Counted from the whole stretch's first letter, positions 49,643 through 62,177 are shown. The stretch: DNA of 63,064 bases, filler included, from Hyphochytrium catenoides (GCA_900088475.1; 11 parts of 11 records of this genome joined end to end with filler, not necessarily neighbours in it), one strand, 5' to 3'. Made by a program: numbers and translations. Notes: generated from the sequence alone by a model not told the origin.

Positions 49643-50721
49643 CAATTGGTAGACGTACTCTCTGCGATAGGGTTTCCATAGAGTGCCAATGACTCTAGCC
49701 GAGGAAGCCGAGCGAGTGGGAGAAGATCTGGCAGAGAGGAGAGAGATGGAGAGTGAGGAAATGAATGAGAGAGAAACAGACAGAGAGAAATGGAGAGAGA
49801 CATTCAAAAACAAAAACAGTGAAAGAACCACCAGTAGCGATGGAGAGACAACGAGACGGAAAAAAATGGGACGAGAGAGAGTGAGAGAGAGAGAGAGAGA
49901 GAGAGTGAGAGAGAGAGAGAGAGAGAGGAGAGAGACGGAGAGAGAGAAGAGTGGCCTCTTAGTACAAATGAGACAGAAGGAGAAAGGGAAAAATAGAGGA
50001 AAGACAGTTGGGAGACGAGGCACTAAAGAGATGAAGCACGTAGAGAGACACTTATTACTTTTGAAGAAAAGAGGAGGTAAAAGAGAGAGATTCAGAGAGA
50101 GAGAGAAGAAAGAGAGAGACGGGAGAGAGAAGAGACATCTGAGCGAGAAAAAGCAGCAGAACAGAGATAAGAGAGAGGCCACAAAGAGAGAGAGAAAAGA
50201 GAACACAGAGATAGAGAGAGAAGAGAGAGAGAGACTCTTCAAGGCCGTCACCTTCTTCTCTCTCGAAGAGGTTGTGAGAGAGATCCAGATTTTGAAGAAC
50301 GTTCCATCTTCCGGAGGACTGTTGATCTCCAGGCTTGCTGCACTCCTGAGAGAAAGAGAGAAAGAGGCAGAAAGAGATAGAGCGAGAAGAGGAGGAATAA
50401 AAGAGAGAGAAAGAGTGACAACAGGGAAAGAGAAAGAGAGAGGAATGAGAGAAAGAGAACAGGGAGAAAGAGAAAAAGCAAAAGAGAGAACGAGGCAGAA
50501 AAGGCCAACCAAGAGAGACGAACAGACGAATGTAGGTGGGTGAAGGAGAGAAGAGAGACGTGAGACAACGAAGAGAGAGAGGAGAGACAGCTCGAGAGAA
50601 GAAAAGAATGATAATCGGAAGAGATAACGCTCTTGGGAAGGACAACGCAACCAAGACAGAGAACCATTTTATGAGGCAAGAGCCCGAGTGAGAAGGGAGA
50701 GAGATAAAGAGAGAGAGACAT

Positions 50722-50777
<56 letters not shown>

Positions 50778-51294
50778 GGGAAAGTAGGTAGAAAAGTAAC
50801 ATTTGTTTACCTCGGGAATGCTCCGGAAGAAGTTGAAAGCAAGAGAGAGAACTCGTAGCTTTGGCATGGAAGAGAGAAGAAAGAGATCCTGTCTGCTCTG
50901 GAGCCTGTTCCGGTCCAGAAAGAGCTCCTCGAGAATGAGAAAGTCCAGCTTAGAAGAGAGAGAGAGGGAGAGAGAGAGAAGGAAAAGGTTAGGCAGACCC
51001 AGAATGTATCTCGCGAGGTTTGCATCCAGAGAGAGAGGCATCAAAAGGGAGAGAGAGAAGAGAGAGACGTAGAAGCGTAGGCAGTACAGCACTAGGGAGA
51101 GCATGATAAAAGCGAGCGAGGGAGAGAGAGAAACTGGGGTCAAGAGAGGCCAAAAAGGGTTAAAAAGAGATAGGCAGGGAGAGAATGAGAAGGAGAGGGC
51201 GAGAGAGAGCGAGAGAAGAGAGGGGGGAGAGAGAGAGATAAAGAAGAGAGAGAGAGACAGAGAGAAGAGCAGGAGGGAGAGAGAGAGATAAAGA

Positions 51295-51325
<31 letters not shown>

Positions 51326-51560
51326 AGAAGGGGGCAGAGAGAGAAGGGGGGTAGAGAGAGAGAGAAAGGGGGCAAAAGAGAGAGAGAAAGAGAGAGCGAG
51401 AGCGAGCGAGCGAGAGAGAGAGGAGAGAGACCAACTCACGATTTTGGCAGGAATGGCAGTGATTCTGTTGCTGCTGAGGTCGAGGCGGCGCAACTTTGGA
51501 AGTTTTGTTAGGACGGCGAGACTCTCCACCTGAACCTGGTTGTAAGACAGGTCCAGCGAC

Positions 51561-51596
<36 letters not shown>

Positions 51597-52466
51597 AAGT
51601 ATCTCTATCTCTATCTTCTCTTGGTAGTTCGTCTCTCTTTCCTTTCTCCCTCTCTGTGTAACTCTCTCTCCCTTTATTTCTCCCTGTTCTTATTACCTCA
51701 AGAGAGAGGAAGCCTGGTGGTAGTACGGGAAGCCTTGTGATTCCATTGCACTGCAGCTTCAGCGCTCGGAGAGAGCGAAGACCACANNNNNNNNNNNNNN
51801 NNNNNNNNNNNNNNNNNNNNNNNNNNNNNNNNNNNNNNNNNNNNNNNNNNNNNNNNNNNNNNNNNNNNNNNNNNNNNNNNNNNNNNATGGAGACATGGGA
51901 GTAGGAAGAGACGACGCCATGGAAACAGAACAAAAGAGACCAAGAAAGAGAAGATAGAGAGAGACAGTGTACAAAAATACCAGGGGTACGCTCCTCTTGA
52001 GAGAAGATGCGACCTCTCTCTCTCTTTCCGTCTCTAGCGCTTTACAGACGAACAAAGAGAGACGAAGACCAAGAAGGAGAGGGAGAGAGAGAAATAGAAT
52101 GAGAGAAAGAGAGAGAGAGAGAGAGAGAGTGAGAGAGAGAGAGAGAGAACCTCGTTGTCTCCCAGGTCAAGCTGCTCCAGAGCTGAAAGATCCGCCACAT
52201 CTTCGCTGCATCCTTTGAGACCTTCGCCCAAGACTTCCGCACTCCGAACCTCGTCAGGGCTGATGCCTTACAGAGAGAGAGAGAGAGACACACACAAGAG
52301 AGAGACAAAAAGAGAGAGAGAGAGAGAGACAAAGAAAGAGAGAGAGAGACAAAGAGGGAGAGAGGAGGGAGGTAACCGAAGCGAACAGAAAGAGGAGGAG
52401 AGAGGAACCCATTTCATTCAGCTCATTCAAATGAAGACATGTTCCCCAGTACCATGACAAGCCAGC

Positions 52467-52503
<37 letters not shown>

Positions 52504-52595
52504 NNNNNNNNNNNNNNNNNNNNNNNNNNNNNNNNNNNNNNNNNNNNNNNNNNNNNNNNNNNNNNNNNNNNNNNNNNNNNNNNNNNNNTCTCTTC

Positions 52596-52651
<56 letters not shown>

Positions 52652-52975
52652 CTCTCTCTCGCTCTCTTTTATCTCTCTATTTCTCTCGACCTCTATCTCT
52701 GTCTTTCTTTCTCTCGTCTTTGCCTTCCTGTCACGCGCTATCTCCGTCCCTTTCCCTCTCTTTGTGCTAGCTTCTTCCCGTTTTCTCTCTGTCTCTCTTC
52801 TCTTCCCTCTATTTCTCCCCCTCTCCCACCCGTCTCTCTCTCTCCTTCTCTCATTTGCCGCCCTCTCTCTTTTTTCTCTCTCTCTCTACTCACCTGGATG
52901 GTCTGCTAATATTCTGCATTTTGTCAAGAGTTCCTCTCTGAGAAGAGAAGACGAGACACTTGAAGATCCTGCCAT
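47926..52975 (-). CDS. Leucine-rich-repeat protein, XRRA1-like; multi-exon, both ends uncertain
   Basis: LRR exons LEQLDLGDNE, LRALKLQCNGI, LDLSYNQV..LPKLRRLDLSSNRITAIP, LEELFLDRNRL..MPKLRVLSLAFNFFRSIP, LQNLDLSHN, LPRLESLALYGNPI. Late exon KLRSTMNALRY. The XRRA1 call rests on recalled motif order, so it is less sure than the LRR call. Confidence 0.7.
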
Positions 52976-53835
52976 CGGCGCTCCAGTCTTTCTCTTCCTC
53001 TCTCTCTCTCTCTTCTTTCACTCTCCCGATCTCTCTCTCTCCTTTAAGCTGTAACACTTCTTCCCCTCTAGCTCTCTCTCTCCTGTTATCTCTCTCTCTC
53101 TTTCTTTCTCTCTCGCCTTGCACAGCCTGAGTGGCTGCGGAACTAGTAGAAGAAGAGAAGTGCGACCCAGAGCGAGGGAGAAGAGAGAGAGAGACAAAGA
53201 GACAGAGAGAGACACAGAGAGAGAGAGACAGAGGGAAAGAGAGAGAGAGAGAGCTGCTTAGGAACTACTGGCTAGGACAACACGTAATGAAAGGAATTGA
53301 GAGGATTGGAACGAAAGAGAGAGAGAAGACACAGAGAGTGAGAGAGAGAGAGAGTAAAAGAGAGAGAGAGATTTGAGCTCATAAGAGGGTAGGGAATTGG
53401 GAGGAAGAGAAAGAAAAAGACAACGCCAGACAGCCAGAAGAGAGTATTCAGAACCTGTCAGCGGACAAAAGCGCAGAAGAAGCGCGAGACAGGAGAGAGA
53501 CAGAAGAGAGAAACAAAGCCCAAGAAAGAGAGAGAGAAGGTCGGAAGTATGTAGAAGCAGAATAAAAGGTGATGACCGGTGAACTGGATGACAAGAGGAA
53601 GAGAGAGAGGAAGAGACAGAACGAGAGAGAAAGGGCAAGAGAGAGAAAAGAGAGAAAAGAAAGAGACTGAGACGAGGACGCTTGTAGCAGAGGAAGGAGC
53701 TAAGGCCTTAGGGAGACTGGAGAGAGAGAGAGNNNNNNNNNNNNNNNNNNNNNNNNNNNNNNNNNNNNNNNNNNNNTTAATTAATTAANNNNNNNNNNNN
53801 NNNNNNNNNNNNNNNNNNNNNNNNNNNNNNNNGAG

Positions 53836-54400
53836 CCAGCACACAGTCAGATCAGGCAGACGATCGAGCTCAGTCAGACGCTGGAGCAGCAGGATATAGA
53901 GTTTCCCAAGCGCAGAATGAAGAGAGAGAGAGAGAAGGGGATGGCGAAGATTGTTGAATCAGGAGGAACTTACTAAGCCTCTGAAGGTAGACTTTTTTCT
54001 CGGTCCCTCTCTCTCTCCCTCTGGCTCTCTCTCTTCCTTTCTTCTTATTGTCACTGTCTCTCTCTCTCTCTCTCCACCTTTACCTCTCTCTCGTTTCTGC
54101 CTCCCTCTCTTCCGCTAGACACTTTCCCTTATTGTTTGCTCTCTCTCCTTCGGAATCCTTGCAACGTCCGTTTTTCCCTCTCTCTTTCTTCCTCTCGCCT
54201 AAAAGCCCTAACTTATATTCCCTTCCTGCCTATCCCTATACCCGATCCCTCTTCCTCTCTGGCTCTCCTCTCTTTTGTCTCTCTTCTCTTCCTTCTTCCC
54301 TGTTTCTTCTCCTTCCCCCTCTTCTCACGTCCTTCTTCTTCCTTCTCTCCCTCTCTCCTATCAGTCCTCTCGTTTCTCTGGTTCTTTCTCTCGTCGTCTT
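53836..54400 (+). repeat. Dispersed repeat, copy 2 (matches 7515-8078)
   Basis: Collinear high similarity to copy 1 with small indels. Confidence 0.85.
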
Positions 54401-54773
54401 CTTTCCCGCTCTACCTTCATCGCTTTGGCCGTTTCTTTGTATCTGTAGCTGGACCCTTCTTTCCTCGAACATTTAGAAGACAGACTACAGCAGACCATGA
54501 GAAGGGCGCGAGAGGATCGCAAAAAGCATTAAAAATGCACCAAAAGCGTAGAAGACTCTCGCGTTCGAAAGAGGACAGAGCTGAGAGAAGAAGAAAGGCT
54601 TACAAGCAGAAGAAGAGCCAGCTCTGATTTTCGCTGTACAATTCTATGGACGCAGACGGGAAAGTGAGGTTGCCATCTCTTCTTGGAAGCCCGACCAAGA
54701 TAGTTGCCGGTGAGTTCTCTCTCTCTCTCCTCTTCATCTCTCTGCATCTTTCTCTCTAACTTTTGTCGACCTC

Positions 54774-55137
54774 CCTAATATAAAGACTGATCTCCGTTTT
54801 TGCCTTTTGCCTAATATAAAGACTGATCTCCGTTTTCCCCTCTGCCTAATATAAAGACTGATCTCCGTTTTTGCCTTTTGCCTAATGTAAAGACTGATCT
54901 CCGTTTTCCCCTCTGCCTAATATAAAGACTGATCTCCGTTTTTGCCTCCGCCACTAATATAAAGACTGATCTCCGTTTTTCTCTCTGCCTAATATAAGAC
55001 TGATCTCCGTTTTTGCCTTTTGCCTAATATAAAGACTGATCTCCGTTTTTGCCTCCGCCACTAATATTAAGACTGATCTCCGCTTTTCCCTCTGCCTAAT
55101 ATAAAGACTGATCTCCTTTGCCTAACCCTAACCCTAA
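54774..55137. repeat. Minisatellite of 10 units (35-37 bp; last truncated) ending in CCTAACCCTAACCCTAA
   Basis: Near-invariant core CTAATATAAAGACTGATCTCCGTTTT followed by one of three short variants (TGCCTTTTG, CCCCTCTG-like, TGCCTCCGCC). Confidence 0.95.
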
Positions 55138-56289
55138 TAAATCTGTGGTCTTTTGCGTGCGCCCAAGCAAGTCGGGGAGGGATCGCCGCCGCTGCTGCTT
55201 CAATCATCGTTCATTGTCTGCCCAGAAAAATTAATCGCTCATAGCAGTACGAGTAGTCCCTCTAGCATGCACCACGGCTTTTTTGTGTGCTTGGAAGTAG
55301 TAGTACGAGTAGGCTTATCCTTATAATATCATGCACGTCGGAACCTAGCTGCTGCTGGAAGACGACTCTCACCCCAGGGCCTGCCTACTTACTACTACGG
55401 AGGGACGAGGAGGTTCCTCCATGGTTCCCAGCAGGGCAGTAGCTAATTGCCAAAGATACCACCCAGAAAAAAATGTCGCGGCGATGCCTGCGACTTTGGA
55501 TTGGACTGATCTGACTATTTACAGATAAAGAGCAGCGGAACCACTACCAACGACGGCTAATTATCTCTTTCAATTGTCATTATTGACTGCAAGCTATTTT
55601 CAATACGATGAAAAGAGCCCGTTGGCTGCTTTACCACTGCTGCTGCTCAATGGTCCTTCTTTTCCTCTGCGACGACCGAAGACCTTCCAACGGCCCCTAT
55701 CGGAGATGCCTGGGGGCAGAACAGCAGGAAAGGTCTTTAGTCGTCGCTATAGAAGTGCAACAGAACGGAGAATCTACTCCTCCCAAGCTCGGTTCAAAGG
55801 TCTATATACTGAATGATACCGAACAAGAACTTTATGACATCAGCAGAAGGGCTAGGATAGAAGCAACAATGATGCCTCAGGAGCATCAACGCTCGAAGCG
55901 TGGAAAGGAGGACAACTAAGGCATAGCAAATAAATCGCTGAATACAGTGACGACAATGGGAGGCAGGCGTCGGTCGAGAAGAAGCCAGCAATAAAGAGTT
56001 GGATGGGCATCATGCTCCTACTACTACCTACATTAGTAGCAGCAGCACCAAGCCATCATTATTTCTTCCCCCCCAAAATGATTGCAAGGGATGTAAATAA
56101 GATCATCCTTGTATCCAGCCTGAGTGAAGGGAAAGACGACCACGTGAACATCAAAATGCCAAGCACGCGACGAGGAGGTTAGATTAGCTGCAGAAGAAAG
56201 ATGTGGTTAGTTTGCTAGCAGCGTTGTTACGATAAAGTTGGTAAATTAAAGCTAACTCTAATGTGCTGGCTATCCATATAGAGGCATTG

Positions 56290-57850
56290 ATACGCCAATG
56301 GGATGCGCTATTATCGTGAACAGACAGGAGATTCGGAGTCGAGAGCTACTTGGACCCCTTATCGGCTTCCCTGCTCTCGTTTCTTCCCTCATAGCTTCTC
56401 TCTAGCTCGCTTTCTCTCTATCGACGCCCTTACTTCTTTATTGATTAGGTTGAGGATCCCCTCCAAATACGGCTAGCCATGTTTAGGGGCGGTCTAGGTC
56501 AAGATAGACCACATTCTCCGCACTTGTTCCACAGCGCTGCTGGCTGGACAGCTGTCTGAACTTGACATGGGGCAAAGGCCGTTTCTGCTTTGCCTTGTAG
56601 AGGGACTTTTGGCACCCTGTCCTGATTCTGTATTAGGGAATCAAACTTCTCTCCCCATTCACACAAGCTTGGCGGTCTGGGTTTCCTTCCTGCTACAGCT
56701 ATCTCTCCTCCGGCCTTTTTGGGGTTCTTTGGTGCTCTTCGTTCCACGAAGTTGTGTCCGCTCTTCTGGACTTGTCCTCCCAACCTCTCTAACCCTCCTG
56801 CGGCCGTCCAGTGCTCTCTTCGTACCCTCCACGTACGATGATATGGGCTTGCCGCAGCGATCGTAGGAGCACCATAGCTTCGTTCAGCTTGTTGCCGTCG
56901 AGAACCTACTGCAGCCCAACTTTTGCTCCCGTCTCTAGCAGCGTGGTAACCTCTGTCTTCCCTCATGCCTCTCCTTTTTCTCGAGTTCGTCTTCGTTCAG
57001 TCCCTCTTCCACATGCTGGTGCCTTCCTCGCTGCTCTTCCCATAAGGCCCAGCCCCAGTAAAATCTCGCGCTATGCCTCAGCACTTTCTTGGCCTTCCTT
57101 TTCGTCAGGTTCCTTGTGTGCGAGAGGTGCCGTCGTTAGAGTGGAACGATGGATATCTACGGCGATCATGCGACTGGTCTGTCGGACAGAGGCGGCGGTT
57201 CATCTCGCCGATAACCGGCGGGTTCCCTCTTGTTTGTTTGTGTTCTGCGCTGTCAGACGCGGAATACTGAGCATTGCCCTCGTGAGCACCACCACCTGGT
57301 TCCTCGCTCTTCCTTCCAAGGCCCTGATGACCAGGAGGTCCCTGGGGGATATGGTGGTAGTAGTCGCTTCCCATATACAGCCTTTGATCTCTCCGTTCAC
57401 CCATCCGGTGCAAAATCTACCCTTCCTTATGCAGCGAAGCAATCGGGGTACCATATGGCTGCGGTTGAGGACCGTAAACGCCATATATACCTGGCCGCTC
57501 CAATGTCCACAAAAAAATCGACTTTCTTCCTTTAGTGTGGGAGTCATTTGATGGTGGTGGTGGAAGGGGATAAGCGGGGAGGGCGGAGAGGAGAGCTCTG
57601 CCTGCCACGGTTGTTGCAGCCTTTGTCAAGACCATTTTGTGCTGCTCAAACCAATCTGACGGTTTCTCTTGAGGGTGGTACACTCGTTCCGACATCGACT
57701 GAATACACAAGTTTCTGGGCACCACATACATGATGAGAGAGGAGGCGACCCGTATATGATGATATCCTGCTCCAGATTACCTCCTTCCAGCGCCCTTTCT
57801 TGCCACCTTTATTTCAGCCTACTCCGCTGCTCTCATCTTCTCCCTCTTTT
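56290..57850 (+). mobile_element. Decayed CRE-like non-LTR retrotransposon 3' region (post-RT, Zn knuckle, RLE endonuclease)
   Basis: Frameshifted motifs in the expected order: QIRLAMFRGGLG; RLRSVPLPHAGAFLAALP; FLGLPF; MDIYGDHA; VPGD..AFDLSV; AVEDRKRHIY; LVWESF. Confidence 0.72.
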
Positions 57851-58619
57851 GTCTCTCCTTCTTCTCGTCTCACGCATCATAAAAGAAGAGAAAGACGAAC
57901 TCCTCCCCACTTCCTCGGTGCCCGCTCAGCCGCTTTTTTTTTGCCCCTCTGTGTCTTCGTGGTGCACATATACATCCCTCTTTGTTCTTCAAACAGGAGT
58001 CTACTAGTAGGCACTCGTAACTAATTTCCGCGTACTAGAAGGCCATCCTCCTTCCTCCTTTCCTCTATATTACAGAGTGACCGCCCTCCTCTTGATGCTT
58101 CTCGGCATCTTGGTCAATGGTCTTCCCTTACTGAGGATGAGCGTGGGGCAGATCGAGCTGAGGGCGAGATAGAAGGCTTTATACCTTTTTTGTCGCTTCA
58201 GCTTCTTCTTCCTCTTCTTCCACTTTCTTTTTCCTTTTTAAGATTGATGTGGCCTTTATTATCAAGAAATTAGTTAGTAAGGAGAGTGTCGTCGACTACT
58301 GTTTGAAGAAGATGAGTGAAGAGATGCAAATATGTACTACTGTACGAAGCAACAAAAGAGAATGGAGAAAGAGCTAAAATAGGCCAAAAAGAAAGGAAGA
58401 GCAGAGTAGCAGGACCTCAGCCGGCCCCAAGGGTCGGGAATTGACAGAAGTTAGCAGTTGTGGGGCCACCAAGGAGGCGGCGGGGAGATCGTCCTCCTCT
58501 CCAATAATTCGAGAGAGGATAAAGTCTTGATCCTGCTCACGGTCAATAACCCAGAGGGCGTTGTCAGGAGCAGGAGCAGCGGCAGGAGCAGGAGAAGAAG
58601 AAGCAGCAGAAAAGAGTGG

Positions 58620-58900
58620 AGAGGAAGAGGAGAGGGAAGTAGAAGCGTGAAAGGCGGCAAGCTTAAGGAAGGGCGCAGAAGGCTGCAATCTCGAAACTAT
58701 CATACCTCCTCGTGCAAAGCCAAAGACGTTTGCCTCAATAAGCGATGATGGCGAAAGAAGTGTTCAAGAGCAACGGTCCGATCAGCCTGAGCAGCACAAA
58801 TAAATAGTATTGACAAAGGCTGCAAGGGTGGCAGAACACCCACCAAAAGACTCCCAAACCTGAGGGAGGAAGGAAGTCGATCTGATGCATTTTGAGCACC
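58620..58900 (-). mobile_element. Second decayed RLE-retroelement 3' fragment, inverted relative to the first
   Basis: FLPQVWESFGG and RLLRQTSLAL. Nucleotide matches to 57530-57820 (TTGCAGCCTTTGTCAA, TTTGTGCTGCTCA, TGGGAGTC). Confidence 0.65.
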
Positions 58901-59406
58901 CATCCAACAAGCAGGCAGATGGAAAGCCAGCCAGACTGCTACATCTGTACGAACCAGTCTGAACGTCTTTTGGACTAGTAGAACAACTGACTACCTGTAT
59001 ATCTCTTATAATTAGGGATGGGCTCTCTTGAAGAACTTGACCACAATAATAGAAAGTAGACCGGTTGCCCTTACTTCGTTCCGTCTGCCTTTCTCTGATT
59101 GGCATGGACTGATGAACAATTCGCATGGACTGATGAACTGAAGTACTGAAAGCTGCAGCTGGTAGTATAAGAGTATCCATGCATTCTCTGCACTGTACAG
59201 ATTGGGGCAGCTACTGGTACTTCTAGAAGTATTCATTGCCGAGCGGGGTTGGATCACTCCCTATACGCCTGTTCTCAAAAGCAGTTCCTTCAATGCAGTA
59301 CTTCTAAGCTGACGGCAGTGTCACTTGAACGTCCTGTCTTCTCTCGTTCTTATTCGTATCCGGCGGGGTTTTATTTTTTATTTTATTACGGAGCAAGCAG
59401 AAGAAG

Positions 59407-59476
59407 AAGGTTAATAAAGGGCCACATTCCTCGCAGAAGAAAAAGAGGAAGAAGAATGTGGCCCTTTATTAACCTT
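59407..59476. repeat. Perfect 23-bp inverted repeat with a 24-nt spacer
   Basis: AAGGTTAATAAAGGGCCACATTC (59407-59429) / GAATGTGGCCCTTTATTAACCTT (59454-59476). Confidence 0.9.
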
Positions 59477-60057
59477 TTTTTCAATGTTTATAAAAAGATT
59501 AAAGAAGAGACTGATGATAATAAGCAGGGAGCAGATCGAGCTGAGGTGGAAGAGCCTATGGCGTCTCAGCTTTTCTTCCCTTTGTCTTCTTCACACTCTT
59601 TTGTTGCTTCGTAGTACATATTGGCATCTCTTCTTCTTCTTCAAACAGTAGGCGATTAGAACTACACTCTTTACTAATTTCTTGATAATAAGAAACGTTT
59701 GCTTGAGAAGGAAGGAAGAGAGCACAGAAATCTATAGCGGAATACCACCACCAATGAGGTTGTCTTTCGGAAACTGAAGAACTGGTTGGATTGGCTATTC
59801 GGGTAGTGACTACTGTTTTTCCCTCTCTTATATCAGTCTTCTTCGCTGCACCGCATGCTGTTCCGGCTACTTGATGCGGTACTGCCTCTATCTCAGGCAC
59901 GGCAGATACGTGCAGCATTGTCTTGCGGGTGACCCTGACCCTTGAATATCAAGGACCGACAGTCGGGACATCTTCTATCAAAGAACAACGGAAGCAGCTC
60001 ACTTTTTTAATTTCCAAGTAATTGATCAGTAAGACGAAGCACCGACTCCCTAACATC

Positions 60058-60396
60058 ATGTGGAATAACGTTGTCAATTTCCTCAACAATCACGCTTGTC
60101 AAGCGCCAGCTGACTCCTCGGCCGCACCAACGTCAAAAGCAGCCAAGGAGGTAGCCTTTCCACCACTGGATTCCAACGTGAAGGTCGCCCTGATTACTGG
60201 CTGCTCCTCCGGAGTCGGTGCAAACTTAGCGGCAAAACTTCTGACACTCAAGCTTGAGGGACTAAACAAGCCAAAGTATCTCGTCTTTGCTTCCATGCGA
60301 AACACCCAGAAGACAGCAGACTTGGTAGCCGCTATGGAAGAATGCAGCGTGCCAGCCTCTCGCCTGGTAATGGCCGATGCTGTGCTTTGTGGAGAG
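60058..60396 (+). CDS. Short-chain dehydrogenase/reductase, N-terminal fragment (HSD17B1/RDH8-like)
   Basis: KVALITGCSSGVG (TGxxxGxG Rossmann motif) and YLVFASMRN. Cut by the contig end. Confidence 0.85.
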
Positions 60397-61688
60397 NNNN
60401 NNNNNNNNNNNNNNNNNNNNNNNNNNNNNNNNNNNNNNNNTTAATTAATTAANNNNNNNNNNNNNNNNNNNNNNNNNNNNNNNNNNNNNNNNNNNNTGGA
60501 CTGTCATCAAATGTGTCTGTCGCGGCCGGCCGCTCCCTAAGATAGCCAGTAGATAACATTAGCGCCCGTGTATCAGTAGAAACCTTGCCCTCCCTGAATG
60601 GCAGGGGTGATGCAGGCACTTTATAACTGCACACAACACAAAGTACACATAACAACAACCGTTTGTGCCTAAGTCGTAGCCCTATCGACCAGAGATAATC
60701 GCATAACGCCATGGCTTTGCACTTACGGTCAATAGACATCCGCCTCCTATATTCCCGTAAAATTACGTTTCGTGTTTATGGCCCTTGTTACCTTCACTTT
60801 GTATTTGAAATGGTCACCTTATGGCCCTGATCTTGTCGTATAAAATGGCAATGTTGCCCTTTTGGCGCTTGGGCCTGCTGATGGTGCCCGCACGCCAGCG
60901 TCATGACAGCCCAACTCTCAATATTTCTATGGTTCTTCCTTGAGACCGGAACTCTTGCCTTTCATAGCGAGCCTTCTATCCTTTATCTATCGACTATCAA
61001 CCAATGGACATTGGACATTGGACACCGACGATCGGGCAATCCGATCTTAGTTCTTGAGACAGACGCGAGTGTCTGCAGTCTGCATATCATCAGCAGCATC
61101 AGCACGCCATCATGATCTTTCTTACCGGCACAGCCACTCCACCCGACAGCCCCTCGGCACACAAGGGAAGGAAGGTACAAGCCTTGAATGTAGCTGGGAG
61201 CTTATAGCTCACAGTCGTGGCGCCTGACACTTGCTGGCTGAGAGAAAGCGATGCCCTCTTAGTACCAAACAAAAGTGAATTTTAGCGGTCGGAGAAAGGT
61301 GCTCCCTTGTCTTTTTCAAGTGCACGTAGTGATTGTTGATTGAATCTCCGTAATCTGCGTGGAATTCTCGGCAGTCTGATTTTTCTAAGCTTTGAAATAC
61401 TGCTGCTCGGCTATGCATCTACGTCTTCAGTATTGGCTTGGCATTAGTGAAACCAGAAGATGTCTGTTCGTGGCATGAACCTTGCTGCTGCTACGGGAGC
61501 AGCTCTATTTATCGTTTTCTCGAGGGTTCAGAGCCTAGAGTGCCCCTTCCCCGACGTGAGCAAGAATCCAGGTCTCCTTTGTGCTNNNNNNNNNNNNNNN
61601 NNNNNNNNNNNNNNNNNNNNNNNNNNNNNTTAATTAATTAANNNNNNNNNNNNNNNNNNNNNNNNNNNNNNNNNNNNNNNNNNNNCTT

Positions 61689-61729
<41 letters not shown>

Positions 61730-62031
61730 TCCTTGTTCGCGCCGTTCGGCCTCTTTCTTCTCTTTTGCTACTACTCGTCCTTCTGTCTCTTGCTGCGGCG
61801 AGTCTCTTTGTTTCCCAACATTATTGAGCATAATAAGCAGAGCTGACGAAGGGGATAGAATGGCCAACAAGGAGTCATCAAGAGGAAGAGAGAACTATTG
61901 AAAAGTGGCAGAGAGAATAGGCAGCGAGAGGAAAGGAGTCGTCGAAGCAAGGGAAGAGATCAGTGCTCTTATTAGCGCTGAGCTTCCCTGTATAAAAACA
62001 TTAAAAAGAGAAAAGAAGACTTCGGCGGCGG

Positions 62032-62177
62032 CTTCTCGATCACTGGCGACACGTAGCCAGGACGTAGATTATCAGAGATTATCATAGCTTTCCTGGTCGT
62101 TTCTCAGCACCACCTCCATCCCCTCCGTCTCTCTTCCTACCACTCTTGCCATAAACTCGTGTCCTCTCTCTCTCTCG

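Noticed and set aside
49019-51434. Long ORFs of 543, 459 and 286 aa (Leu/Ser- or Arg/Glu-rich)
   Set aside because: Translations of stop-free (CT)n/(GA)n intron tracts. Only short LRR exons inside them are real.
54774-55137. CRISPR array
   Set aside because: The variable parts are only 8-10 nt and are reused. There are no cas genes and the context is eukaryotic. It is a minisatellite.
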